Source: Candidatus Eiseniibacteriota bacterium
GTDB taxonomy: Bacteria; Eisenbacteria; RBG-16-71-46
Direction: 5' to 3'
DNA length: 64,000 bases
Assembly (NCBI GenBank): GCA_963744995.1
Contig: CAVUWA010000001.1
Location: 32,001-96,000 of the forward strand
Numbering within the stretch: position 1 is the first letter of the stretch; each line of letters begins with the position of its first letter. Of the stretch, positions 30,252-40,018 are shown piece after piece. Made by a program: the position numbers and the translations under genes. The notes beneath the pieces were generated by a model, which searched no databases, was not told the DNA's origin, and was given only the letters and a program-made list of their open reading frames with translations.

Positions 30252-31432
30252 GACGTCACCCCCTCGCGCGCACCGGGCGGCACGAACGACGCCAGGCCGA
30301 GGACCTCGTCGTAGACCGCTTCGAAACGCTCGACCACGCGCTTCCAGGTGAAGTCGGTGCGCACCCGCTCGGCCGCCGCGCGCCCCAGTCCTTCGGCCGC
30401 GCGCGGGTGCCGGTGCAGCTGCTCGAGCGCCGTCGCCAGCGCCTCCGGCCGGCCGGGCGGCACCAGCATTCCGCTTACGCCGTCTTCGACGACTTCCGGT
30501 ACGCCGCCGACCGCGCTCGCGATCACCGGGCGCGCGCGCACCATGGCTTCGAGCAGCGTGAGCGGCAGGCCCTCCCAGAGCGACGGCAGCACCACGACGT
30601 CCGCGGCCGCGAGCAGCGGACCCAGCACGTCGAGCTGGCCGAGGAAACGCACGTGGTCCTCGAGGCCGAGCGCGCTCGCGCGCCGCTCGAGGTCGCCACG
30701 CAGCGAGCCGCCACCGGCGAGTGCGAGCACGAAGTCCACGTTGCGCTCGCGCAGCCGGGCGAGCGCCTCGAGCAGTGCGGCGTGGCCCTTCTGCACCTCG
30801 AGGCGCGCGGCGCACACCCAGAGCGGGCGGTCGGGTCGCACGCCGAGCGCCTGACGCGCCTCGCGCGCCGGCGCCGCTTCCGCCTCTTCGTCGGGTGGAT
30901 CGGCGCCGTTGCCGACCACGCGCACCAGTCCGCGGGCGATGCCGTACTCGGCGACCAGGGCGTCCGCGACCGCTCCGCACGCGGCCGTCACCGCGGAGGC
31001 GTCGGCGAGCTCCTGGCGCTTGAGGGCGCGCCCCGGTGGATCGTGGAGCGGTCCGGCGAGATGCTCCGTGACGACCACGTGCGGGACGCCGGCGAACCCG
31101 GCGAGCGCGGCGAGGTAGGGGTCCGAGGCCGCCTGCCCGTGATGGAGATGCAGCAGGCGGGGCTTGAGCGCGCGCAGCCGCCGCCAGGCGGACACGATCC
31201 GTTTCCAGTCCCAGCGCGAGACGATCTCCTCCACCCGGTGCACCGCGACGTCCCGTGCGGCCAGGCCTTCGGCCAGCTCGTCGACGCCGGGATCGGGCGA
31301 CAGCCAGACGTGCACTTCGAACCGCCGTTTCGGCAGGCGGGTCGCGATCTCCCATACGACACGCTCCGCCCCGCCCACGGCGCGGCCGCTCCCGGCGAGG
31401 AGCACCGTCACGCGGTCTTCGCGGGTCCGCAT
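30248..31432 (-). CDS. GT4 glycosyltransferase
   Basis: GGAER, ARLEVQKGH, PSLWEGLPLTLLEAM. Confidence 0.92.
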   Translation of the reverse strand: MRTREDRVTVLLAGSGRAVGGAERVVWEIATRLPKRRFEVHVWLSPDPGVDELAEGLAARDVAVHRVEEIVSRWDWKRIVSAWRRLRALKPRLLHLHHGQAASDPYLAALAGFAGVPHVVVTEHLAGPLHDPPGRALKRQELADASAVTAACGAVADALVAEYGIARGLVRVVGNGADPPDEEAEAAPAREARQALGVRPDRPLWVCAARLEVQKGHAALLEALARLRERNVDFVLALAGGGSLRGDLERRASALGLEDHVRFLGQLDVLGPLLAAADVVVLPSLWEGLPLTLLEAMVRARPVIASAVGGVPEVVEDGVSGMLVPPGRPEALATALEQLHRHPRAAEGLGRAAAERVRTDFTWKRVVERFEAVYDEVLGLASFVPPGAREGVTS

Positions 31433-32622
31433 AACACGTCGTACGCGCGCAGCAGCTCGCCCGCGCTGTACTCCCAGGCCATCTGTTCGAGGAAACGCTT
31501 CCGGTTGTAGTCGCCCATGCGGCGGCGGCGCGCGGGGTCGTCGAGCAGCACGCCGATCTGGCGGGCGAGGTCGGCTTCGTCGTTCGGTTTCGCGTACAGG
31601 GCACCGTCGCCCGCCGAGTAGCGGTGCTCGCGCAGGTCGTAGGCGACGATCGGTCGCGCGCATGCCATGTATTCGAGGATCTTGTTCATGGTCGAGAGGT
31701 CGTTGAGCGGGTTCAGCGGATCCGGGCACACGCAGACGTCGGCAGTGGCGAGGATCCGTTCGACCTCCTCGTCGGGCACGCGCCCGGTGAATTCGACGTA
31801 CGGCTCGAGCCCGAGCTCGGCCGTGAGCGCCCTGAGCTCGTCGAACGAATCGCCCGCGCCCACCAGCGTGAATCCCACGTCCTCGCGGCCCGCCTCCTTC
31901 ACGAGGTGGTGGGCCGCGCGCAGCAGGTGATCCACGCCGTCCTGCGGCGCCATCACCCCCAGATAGGCGACCAGGTAGCGGCGCCCGCGCTTGAGCGCTT
32001 CGTCCACGGGGCGCACGGTCGCGAACCGCTCGCGGCTCGGGCCGCTGCGCACCACGATCACCCGTTCGGGCGACTTGCCGCCGCGCGTCATCGCCACCTG
32101 GCGGTACGACTCGTTGGTCGAGATCACGAGGTCCGCGGTGCGGAACTGCGCGCGCTCGAGCATCCGCAGCGCGCGATGCGGCAGGCTGTTCTCGCGTGCC
32201 GCGCCGAAACGCGCGATGTAGAGCTCCGGACACAGGTCGTGATGGTCGAACACGAAGCGCTTGCCGAACGGCTTGTAGAGCGCGGCGATGGCCCAGAAGG
32301 TGTCCGGTGGGTTGGCGGCGTGGATCACGTCGAATCCGCGCCGGGCGAGGACCCGCAGCGAAAGGCCGAGGGTCTGCACCCAGCAGTAGAGGAATTCCCA
32401 GGCGTACGAGACGAACCCGCTCGCAGGGGGAGGCGGCGGATAGCGCCAGATGTGGATTCCGTCGATGACCTCGTACGGCTCGGTCCACGACTCGCCCATC
32501 GGGCAGATGGCGGAAACCTCGAAGCCGCCCGCGCGGAGCGCGTTCAGCTCCATCCACACGCGCCGGTCGAACGGCAGCGGCAGATTCTCCGACAGGTGGA
32601 GGACCCTACCACGCAAGGCCAT
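31408..32622 (-). CDS. GT4 glycosyltransferase (WbuB-like)
   Basis: ENLPLPFDRRVW, DHHDLCPE, NKILEYMA. Confidence 0.92.
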   Translation of the reverse strand: MALRGRVLHLSENLPLPFDRRVWMELNALRAGGFEVSAICPMGESWTEPYEVIDGIHIWRYPPPPPASGFVSYAWEFLYCWVQTLGLSLRVLARRGFDVIHAANPPDTFWAIAALYKPFGKRFVFDHHDLCPELYIARFGAARENSLPHRALRMLERAQFRTADLVISTNESYRQVAMTRGGKSPERVIVVRSGPSRERFATVRPVDEALKRGRRYLVAYLGVMAPQDGVDHLLRAAHHLVKEAGREDVGFTLVGAGDSFDELRALTAELGLEPYVEFTGRVPDEEVERILATADVCVCPDPLNPLNDLSTMNKILEYMACARPIVAYDLREHRYSAGDGALYAKPNDEADLARQIGVLLDDPARRRRMGDYNRKRFLEQMAWEYSAGELLRAYDVLCGPAKTA

Positions 32623-33922
32623 GGTACTCGCACGGGCTGATGGTTTTCGGATCCACGGCATGCACGAGATCGACGAGGATCTGACCGGGTTTCATCATGG
32701 ACCCGACCTCGCGATACGGCTTCGAGCCGTTGGCGACGACGATCACTTCGCTCTGCTCGACGACTTCCTTCATGTCGCGGCGCAGCCGCTCCGGGAGGTA
32801 CGACACTTCGTTCTCCACGAAGCGCCGGTTGGCGCCGAGCAGGCGGTCGAGGTCCACGTTCGGATCGTGCAGGAGCAGGGTATAGCCCTTGCCGACCAGT
32901 GAGCCGACCACGCGCAGAATCGGGCTCTCGCGCAGGTCGTCGGTCTCCGACTTGAACGACAGGCCGAGCACGCCGACGCGGCGGCGGCGCAGTCGCTCGA
33001 TCAGGTGGATGGCGTCCTCGACGTGCACGTCGTTCGAGCGGATCACGTTCTCGATGACGGGCACCTCGAGGCCGATCTGGCGGATGCGGGAGTGCAGCGC
33101 GCGCAGGTCCTTCGGCAGGCAGGAGCCGCCGAACGCGAAGCCCGGCTTCAGGTAGTAGCCGCTGAGGTTCAGCCGCGTGTCCCGCAGGAAGATCGACATC
33201 ACCTCGTGGCTGTCGATGCCCTGGCGCTTGCAGATGCGGCCCACTTCGTTCGCGAACGACACCTTGAGCGCATGGTAGGCGTTGTTCACGTACTTGAGCA
33301 TCTCGGCGGTGCGCACGTCGGTGCGTACGATTTCGCCGCCGATGCCTTCGTACACCGCCGCCAGGCGCTCCGCCGAGCGCGCGTCCTCGGCGCCGATCAC
33401 GGTGTACTCGGCGCCGAAGAAGTCGGAGACCGCGGTGCCCTCGCGCAGGAACTCGGGATTGTAGGCCACGCCGAACTGCTCGCCGGCGCGACCGCCTGAA
33501 GCGGCCTCGAGCACCGGCACCAGCTCGTCGAGCACGCTGCCCGGAAGCATGGTGCTGCGCATCACCACCACCGGGAAGCGCTTCGAGCCGCGCATCGCGG
33601 TGCCCACCTCGGTGCAGGCGCGCTTCACGTGCCCGAGGTCCAGGCTGCCGTCCTCCGCGCTCGGCGTGCCGACGCACACGAGCACGACGTCGGCGTCGGT
33701 CATGGCCTCGTCGATCCGGGTCGTCGCGCGCAGCCGGCCGGCCGCCCGCGATTCCGAGATCAGCCGGGTGAGATCGTTCTCGACGATCGGACTCTCGCCA
33801 CGCTCGATGCAGTCCACCTTGAACGTGCTGGTGTCCACCCCGACCACCTCGTGCCCGCGACTCGCCAGGCACGCCGAGCAGACCGATCCCACGTATCCCA
33901 GACCCACCACCACGACCCGCAT
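32606..33922 (-). CDS. GDP-mannose/UDP-glucose 6-dehydrogenase (AlgD-like)
   Basis: GLGYVG, CVGTPS, NPEFLREG, PGFAFGGSCLPKD, FKSETDDLRESP. Confidence 0.94.
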   Translation of the reverse strand: MRVVVVGLGYVGSVCSACLASRGHEVVGVDTSTFKVDCIERGESPIVENDLTRLISESRAAGRLRATTRIDEAMTDADVVLVCVGTPSAEDGSLDLGHVKRACTEVGTAMRGSKRFPVVVMRSTMLPGSVLDELVPVLEAASGGRAGEQFGVAYNPEFLREGTAVSDFFGAEYTVIGAEDARSAERLAAVYEGIGGEIVRTDVRTAEMLKYVNNAYHALKVSFANEVGRICKRQGIDSHEVMSIFLRDTRLNLSGYYLKPGFAFGGSCLPKDLRALHSRIRQIGLEVPVIENVIRSNDVHVEDAIHLIERLRRRRVGVLGLSFKSETDDLRESPILRVVGSLVGKGYTLLLHDPNVDLDRLLGANRRFVENEVSYLPERLRRDMKEVVEQSEVIVVANGSKPYREVGSMMKPGQILVDLVHAVDPKTISPCEYHGLAW

Positions 33923-33983
33923 TCGTATCCTCCAGCCATGAGCCCTGCGCCGCCCCCTCGCGGGCGCGCGCGCGGTCAGAATG

Positions 33984-35459
33984 TCATTCGTTGCCGGGCG
34001 CAGGTTCCGGCGGCAACCGCCAGACCCGGACACCCGTCGTCCTGTAAGCGTCCGCGTCCGGAAAACGCGCCTGGATCCGCCGCGCGAAGCGGCCCTCCGG
34101 ATCGAGATCCTCCGGCCGGCTCAGCACGACCCAGGTGCCGTGCGCCACGGCGAGCACCGAGTCGAGCTTCGCATCCAGCGTCGCCCGGTCCGCCGCCCAT
34201 CCCAGCCAGAATGGCCGGACCGGCAGCGCGCCACGCATGTAGTACTCCATCGGCTCGTACGAGTACACCGCCAGCACCTGTTCGCCCGGTTGCGCGTGCG
34301 CGCGGATCACCGCTGCCGCACCGCGGAAGTCCTCGCGGCCGTAAACCGGGTCGAAGTACTGGTGCGTGAGCGACACGGCCCAGATCGCCCCCAGCGCCGC
34401 ACCGAACAGCCAGCGTCCGCGCGGCCTGAGGTCGGCGAACGCCGCGGCGAACAGCAGCAGCCACGCCGGCGCCGCGACGGCCACGTAGCGCGGGTGGAAC
34501 ACCTTGAAGTTCTGCACGGCGAAATAGCTCACCGCCAGCACCGGCGCGAGCATCCACCACAGCGCGTCGCCGAGCCGGCCGCGCCGCCGCAACGCGAGCA
34601 GCCCGAGCCACGCGAGGGCGCCGCACACGATCGCCGCGATCGCGATCGCCGGCGCATGCGCGCGCGCTGCGGCCACCGGCCCGCGCACGCGCATCTCGCG
34701 CAGCGAGGGTCCAAACGTGTAGCCCACCGAGAACGCATACGCCGCGAACGGCACCGCGCCTGCGTGGAAGGTGGTCTTGCCGCGCAGCGGCGCCTCCCGG
34801 GCGGGCGCCTCGCGCGTGGGCGACAGCCGGTTCCAGTCCCAGATGCCGAAGGACTCGACCAGCCACGGGCTCGCCATCACCAGCAGGACCGCCGCCACGA
34901 GCACGAGGCGCCTGAGCCGCGACATGCGACCTTCCCGGGTTCCCCACCAGTGGCGGAGGTGCAGCGGCGCGACGAAGGCGAACGACAGGTTGGAGAGCAT
35001 TCCCGCGGCGGCCGCGGCGAGGTAGGCGAGCGTCGAGCGCGCCGCCGGCCGTCGCACCACGTCCAGCAGCAGCGCCGTGGACACGCAGACGCACAGGATC
35101 AGCAGGGAGTAATTGCGGGCCTCCTGCGAATACCAGACCAGGAACGGCGACGCGGCGGCGAGCCACGCGGCGGCCACCCCCGCGTCGCGACCGAGCCACT
35201 TGCGGGCGAGCCACGCGAGCGCCGGAACCGTCAGCACGCCGAACATCATCGACGGCGTGCGTATCGCCCATTCGGCGTCGCCCGCCAGGCGCGTCCAGCC
35301 GTTCACGACCAGCGAGAACAGCGGCCCGTGCACGTTTTCGCGCAGCGCCTTCCAGCCGAACGACCCCGCGCCGCCCGCGCTGAACCAGGTGAACACCTCG
35401 TCGATCCAAAGGCTCTGATCTCCCAGACGAAAGCAACGCAACACCGCTGCCAGGAGCAT
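33984..35459 (-). CDS. GT-C (PMT/GT39-like) membrane glycosyltransferase; true start may be upstream
   Basis: LGDQSLWIDE, HGPLF, YSQEARNY; multiple TM helices. Confidence 0.88.
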   Translation of the reverse strand: MLLAAVLRCFRLGDQSLWIDEVFTWFSAGGAGSFGWKALRENVHGPLFSLVVNGWTRLAGDAEWAIRTPSMMFGVLTVPALAWLARKWLGRDAGVAAAWLAAASPFLVWYSQEARNYSLLILCVCVSTALLLDVVRRPAARSTLAYLAAAAAGMLSNLSFAFVAPLHLRHWWGTREGRMSRLRRLVLVAAVLLVMASPWLVESFGIWDWNRLSPTREAPAREAPLRGKTTFHAGAVPFAAYAFSVGYTFGPSLREMRVRGPVAAARAHAPAIAIAAIVCGALAWLGLLALRRRGRLGDALWWMLAPVLAVSYFAVQNFKVFHPRYVAVAAPAWLLLFAAAFADLRPRGRWLFGAALGAIWAVSLTHQYFDPVYGREDFRGAAAVIRAHAQPGEQVLAVYSYEPMEYYMRGALPVRPFWLGWAADRATLDAKLDSVLAVAHGTWVVLSRPEDLDPEGRFARRIQARFPDADAYRTTGVRVWRLPPEPAPGNE

Positions 35460-35681
35460 GGCTGCGGCCAGGTTCCAACCGAAGACCGTCGGGGCGGTGT
35501 AGGGGCGGGGCGAAGCGGCGGGGCTCGGCGGGTTGGAGTGCGTCTCGCGAGTCCTCGTGGTGCTCCCTTCGCGTCAGGTTCTTGCCGAGAACGCCGGTTG
35601 CAACGTGGCTCGACGGCTCATCGCTGCGGAGTATCTCAACGACACCCCTTGCGCTTCGCACCGAGCGCTCTCAGGGAGAGC

Positions 35682-36572
35682 CTAATAGGCGCCGTCTCTC
35701 GAAATGACGGCGGGAATCGTCTGCAGCAGGATCCTCAGATCCAGTCCCAGCGACTGGGCGCGAATGTACTGCAAATCGAGTCGCATCCACTCCTCGAAGC
35801 CGATCCGGCTGCGGCCGCTGATCTGCCACAGGCACGTGATGCCGGGGCGGACGCTGAGGCGCTTGAGCTGCCAGGGCTCGTAGCGCGAGACCTCTTCGGG
35901 GAGCGGCGGGCGCGGGCCGACGAGGCTCATCTCGCCCTTGAGCACGTTCAGGAACTGCGGGATCTCGTCGATGCTCGTGCGGCGCAGCAGGCGGCCGATC
36001 CGGGTCACTCGCGGATCGTTGCTGATCTTGAACACCGGCCCGTCGCACTCGTTCAGATGGGCGACGTCCTCGCGCCGGTGGTGCGCGCCGTCGACCATGG
36101 AGCGCAGCTTGTAGAACGTGAACTCGCGGCCACCGAAGCCGATGCGCGACGACTTGTACAGCACCGGGCCGCGCGACTCGAGCTTGATCAGCGCCGCCAT
36201 CACCAGCATCAGCGGCGCGGTGACGACGAGCGCGAAGATCGCGCCGATCACGTCCATCGCGCGCTTGCCGAACCGCAGGTATGCCGTATCGGCGGGATGC
36301 GGTTCGACGAGCGGCGGATGGGCGCGCTCCCCCGGTGCGGGCAGCGCATGAATCGTCCACTCGGGCGCGGCGACCTGCGCCTCGCCGTTCGAGTGGCGCG
36401 GTGCGCCGAGCGGGCGTGTGGTGGCACCGGTCGAGCTCACGGTGCTTTCGGAAGGCGCGACGACGGCGAACATGCGCGTCGTGTCGCGTGAGGAGGAGGC
36501 GTCGCCGTTTGCGGTCCAGCTCGGCGTACGGCCTGTTGACTGTCCGGGGGTCGCGAGGATGTCGGGCTCCAT
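35682..36572 (-). CDS. Priming polyprenyl-phosphate glycosyl-1-phosphate transferase (WbaP/WcaJ-like catalytic domain)
   Basis: KRAMDV, YKLRSM, DPRVTRIG, DEIPQFLNVLKGEMSLVGPRP, PGITCLWQ. Confidence 0.95.
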   Translation of the reverse strand: MEPDILATPGQSTGRTPSWTANGDASSSRDTTRMFAVVAPSESTVSSTGATTRPLGAPRHSNGEAQVAAPEWTIHALPAPGERAHPPLVEPHPADTAYLRFGKRAMDVIGAIFALVVTAPLMLVMAALIKLESRGPVLYKSSRIGFGGREFTFYKLRSMVDGAHHRREDVAHLNECDGPVFKISNDPRVTRIGRLLRRTSIDEIPQFLNVLKGEMSLVGPRPPLPEEVSRYEPWQLKRLSVRPGITCLWQISGRSRIGFEEWMRLDLQYIRAQSLGLDLRILLQTIPAVISRDGAY

Positions 36573-36601
36573 GGTGCCGTTCTCAAGTTGTAGTTGCCCG
36601 T

Positions 36602-36633
36602 AAAAAAACCGCGGGACGTACGATATCCCTCGG
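36602..36633 (-). terminator. Terminator-like hairpin plus T7 in the region 5' of the glycan operon
   Basis: CCGAGGGA-tatcgtacg-TCCCGCGG-TTTTTTT, ending about 30 nt before ATG 36572. Confidence 0.55.
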
Positions 36634-36915
36634 CTTAGGGCTCTCGCCTTGTCCGCAATAACCGGGTCCAGGACTCGTCGAGCACGAGCAACGGGGGAAA
36701 CAGCAAGATGTCAGATCCTCGGATGCAACTCCTGGCGTCGCCGCCAGGCTCCGAAACGCTTGCGGGCGCTCCGGCAGTCCCTACTGTAAAAACCCAGTTA
36801 TCAAGGCGCTTGAGAATGGCCTCCCATGGGTGCTCTGCTACCTGCCACCGAGATCAGAGGTTAGCAAAGCGATAACGCTGTGGCAAGGATTTGCAGCACT
36901 TTGCGCCCACGGAAA

Positions 36916-37012
36916 CGCCCGCAGCGGGGCCCCGGGGGGGGTCGCCTGCGCCCGCCGTCCATCATCCCCGTCCGAATGCGGCATCCTGCCCGGCCGGACC
37001 CCGCTGCGGGCG
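36916..37012. repeat. 14-bp perfect inverted repeat around a 69-bp spacer
   Basis: CGCCCGCAGCGGGG (36916-36929) / CCCCGCTGCGGGCG (36999-37012). Confidence 0.7.
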
Positions 37013-37152
37013 ATCCTCCCGGGGGCCGGGCGCCGCGGCCCTGCCGGCGGAGCCCATGGGGCGTCCTCGTGACAGTCGGCGGACCGCCCGGCTATGCTCT
37101 ACGTTCTCGATCCTGTCTCGCGCCCTCCAATGCTCAGCCGGGAACCGTCTCC

Positions 37153-37923
37153 GTGCCGAAACTCTGGGCCGTTCTGCCCGCCTACAACGAAGAGCGCTCC
37201 CTCCCCGCCCTGCTCGAGCGCTACGTGGCCCTTGCGGGGGCGCTGGCAGCGCGCGGCACCCCGCTCCAGGTGATCGTCGTGGACGACGGCAGTGCGGACG
37301 GCACCATCGCCGCCGCGCGCTCGTTCGAGGGCCGCCTGGCGCTCGAGGTGGTGCCGCACGGCGTCAACCGCAACCTCGGCGCCGCGCTCCGGACCGGGCT
37401 CACCGAGGCCCTCGCGCGCGCCACCGACGACGACGTGATCTCGACGATGGATGCCGACAACACGCACGATCCGTCGATCCTGCCCGGCATGTGGGACCTG
37501 CTCGAGCGGGACCGGGCCGATGTCGTCATCGCGTCGCGCTATGCGCCCGGCGGCGAAGAGATCGGCCTCACCCGGCTCAGGCAGTTTCTCTCGCGCGGCG
37601 CCAGTTTCATGATGTCGCTGGTCGCGCGCGTGCCCGGTGCGCGCGACTACACCTGCGGTTTCCGCCTCTATCGCGCGAACACCCTGCGCCGCGCGCACGC
37701 GATCTGGGGCGAGCACCTGATCGAGGAGGCCGGCTTCACGTGCATGGCGGAGGTGCTGCTGAAGCTCGGCCGCGGCGGCGCGAAGGTCACCGAGGCGCCG
37801 CTGGTGCTGCGCTACGACCTCAAGGAAGGCGCGAGCAAGATGAAGGTGCTGCAGACCATCGGGCGCTACTTCGTGATGGCGACCCGCCTGCGCACGAACC
37901 CGATCCCGCGGGTCACGGGGTAG
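37153..37923 (+). CDS. GT2, DPM1/polyprenol-phosphate-sugar synthase-like
   Basis: LPAYNEE, VDDGSADGT, MDADNTH, IASRY, DYTCGFR; GTGACA-N18-TATGCT upstream. Confidence 0.92.
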   Translation: MPKLWAVLPAYNEERSLPALLERYVALAGALAARGTPLQVIVVDDGSADGTIAAARSFEGRLALEVVPHGVNRNLGAALRTGLTEALARATDDDVISTMDADNTHDPSILPGMWDLLERDRADVVIASRYAPGGEEIGLTRLRQFLSRGASFMMSLVARVPGARDYTCGFRLYRANTLRRAHAIWGEHLIEEAGFTCMAEVLLKLGRGGAKVTEAPLVLRYDLKEGASKMKVLQTIGRYFVMATRLRTNPIPRVTG

Positions 37924-40018
37924 CGGCGCCCGAAGGCGCGGCATCCGGCGTCAGAGCCGGCGTCGGCGGGCGCGCGTTGACGTCCAGTGCCGAGTCCAGC
38001 GCCGCCTCCATGCGCATCACCCACGCGAGGCGGGTGCCCGCCAGATTCACGCGCTCATGCGGATCGGCAGCGAGGTCGTAGGCCTCGACCCGTTCGCGGC
38101 CGAGATCGAACATCACCTTGCGCCGCGCCACCGGGTCCACCAGCGCCGCCTGGCCGCGCACGGCGGGAACCCATGAGTACCGGCGCGAGAACCCGCGCTG
38201 CGGCAGGAACATGTAGATCGGCGTCTGCGGCAGCCGCCGGGTCGTGTCGCTGAGCGCGGGCCACAGCGAGCGCGACGGCGACGCGCTCGCATCGAGCCCC
38301 GCCGCCTCGATGAGCGTCGGGTAGAGGTCGCGCTGCGGCACGACCTGCGCCCGCTCGCCGGGAACGACGCCGGGGCCGCTCAGCCACAGCGGCACGCGCA
38401 CCGCCGGCTCGTAGAGCGTCAGATTGTGGTGGAAGTGACCGTGGCCCCCGAGTTCCTCGCCGTGGTCGGCGCTCACCACGATCAGCGTGCTCTCGGCCTC
38501 ACCGCTCGCGCGCAGCCGCGCCATCATGCGATCCACCAGCGGTTCGACGATGGCGAGCCCTTCCGCGTAACGGCGGCGCTGCGCCTCGGCGAAATAGGAA
38601 CGGGCCGAGAGCGGATTGAGCACCCGGGCGTGCAGCGGCATCCAGTGCACCCATACGAACGCCCGCCCGCCCGCGGTGAGCGAGTCGATCAGCGCGTCCG
38701 CCATGTGCGGGTCGCCGGACGCGTACCGTTCGATGTGCGGCCAGCCCCACGCTGCCGGCGCGAACGACGGATCGTCCACGAACGCCGCGACGCGGTATCC
38801 GGCCGCGGCCAGCCGCTCGGGCAGCCAGCCGACCGGCGGGCCGTGCCCGATCAGCCCCGGCTGCGCGGCATCGGCGAACAGCTTCTTGAACGTGTCACCC
38901 GTGCCCGATGCGGGCGAGTAGGCCGCGGCGAACGAGGCCGACCGCGACGCGAGCGAGTCCAGCGTCGGCGTGGGTGGACGACGGCGGCCAAGAGGGGTCG
39001 GCCGGTCCCCCCGCGAGACGTCCACGCGCAACGCGTCGATGGTGATGAACAGGATCCGCGGCACCGGGGTCTGGAACGGGGCCGTGCCGTCGAGCGCGGG
39101 CGGCGGGGCGGCCGCGTCACGCGCCGGCTCCGGCCGCATGCGGCGCACCCAGTGCGCGGGCCGGCGCGGGTCGAACGGCGCGGTGTCCCAGCCTGCCGTC
39201 AGCCAGGACGGCGAGAGCCCGTCGCGGTCCGCGTCCAGCCCCCAGGCCGTCGCGCGGATCGCGCGCCGTGACGTGACCCCGCGCGTCTTGGCGAGCGAAG
39301 CGATGCGCGGGCTCGCGTTCATGACGAAGTGCGTGGCGACCAGCAGCCCCGCGAGGGTGAGCAGAGCCGGCGCGAGCGGCGCGCGCCCGGGAGGCGGGCC
39401 GAGCAGCCGCACCGCCATCGTCGCCGTGAACAGGCTCAGCGTATCGAGCATGACGTGGACGCCGACGCTCGACTGGGGTGCGAACAGCACGTTCACCGCA
39501 TAGACCGCCGGCACACCCAGAAGCAGGAGCGCACCCAGGGCGCGCGCCGGTCCGCGCCGGGGCCCGAGCCAGCGGCGGCCAAGCGCGATGACCGCCGGCG
39601 TGATCGCGGCGCCCGCGACGCCGGCCGCGACCACCACCACCCAGCCGCGATCGAGCACCCGGTCGAAGCGCGTGGTGAGGGTCAGCGCGAGCAGCAGCCA
39701 GCCCGCAGCGGCCATCGCCCACGCGAAACCGAGCACGGCGTGGCGGGCCACCGCTGGAACGGCCGGGCCGGCGACGGCCGTGAGCCGTGCCGCGCCGGCG
39801 GCCACGGCCGCGATCACGCCCGCGACGAGTCCCGCCAGCATGACGAACGCGAGCATGACGACCCAGATCCCGAACGGTTCGAGCGCACCCGGCAGGAACG
39901 GACGCAGCGTGATCGCCCGCTCGCTGGCCTCGATCAGGCCGAGGATGGCCCCCCCGGCGAGGCCACACCAGAGCCAGTGGCGGATGCGGCCCGGCGCGGC
40001 GGGTCCGGGCCCGTTCAT
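37913..40018 (-). CDS. Membrane-anchored alkaline-phosphatase-superfamily (sulfatase-like) hydrolase/transferase
   Basis: N-terminal TM helices; ITIDALR, ADHGEE, HFHH..LYEP.VRVPL. Confidence 0.82.
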   Translation of the reverse strand: MNGPGPAAPGRIRHWLWCGLAGGAILGLIEASERAITLRPFLPGALEPFGIWVVMLAFVMLAGLVAGVIAAVAAGAARLTAVAGPAVPAVARHAVLGFAWAMAAAGWLLLALTLTTRFDRVLDRGWVVVVAAGVAGAAITPAVIALGRRWLGPRRGPARALGALLLLGVPAVYAVNVLFAPQSSVGVHVMLDTLSLFTATMAVRLLGPPPGRAPLAPALLTLAGLLVATHFVMNASPRIASLAKTRGVTSRRAIRATAWGLDADRDGLSPSWLTAGWDTAPFDPRRPAHWVRRMRPEPARDAAAPPPALDGTAPFQTPVPRILFITIDALRVDVSRGDRPTPLGRRRPPTPTLDSLASRSASFAAAYSPASGTGDTFKKLFADAAQPGLIGHGPPVGWLPERLAAAGYRVAAFVDDPSFAPAAWGWPHIERYASGDPHMADALIDSLTAGGRAFVWVHWMPLHARVLNPLSARSYFAEAQRRRYAEGLAIVEPLVDRMMARLRASGEAESTLIVVSADHGEELGGHGHFHHNLTLYEPAVRVPLWLSGPGVVPGERAQVVPQRDLYPTLIEAAGLDASASPSRSLWPALSDTTRRLPQTPIYMFLPQRGFSRRYSWVPAVRGQAALVDPVARRKVMFDLGRERVEAYDLAADPHERVNLAGTRLAWVMRMEAALDSALDVNARPPTPALTPDAAPSGAATP

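Noticed and set aside
36832..36850. GGCAGGTAGC (minus strand) as an RfaH ops element
   Set aside because: Needs an insertion relative to GGCGGTAG and lacks the downstream TG
36881..36895. TGGCAAGGATTTGCA as a sigma54 promoter
   Set aside because: GG-to-GC spacing is 9 nt, not the required 10
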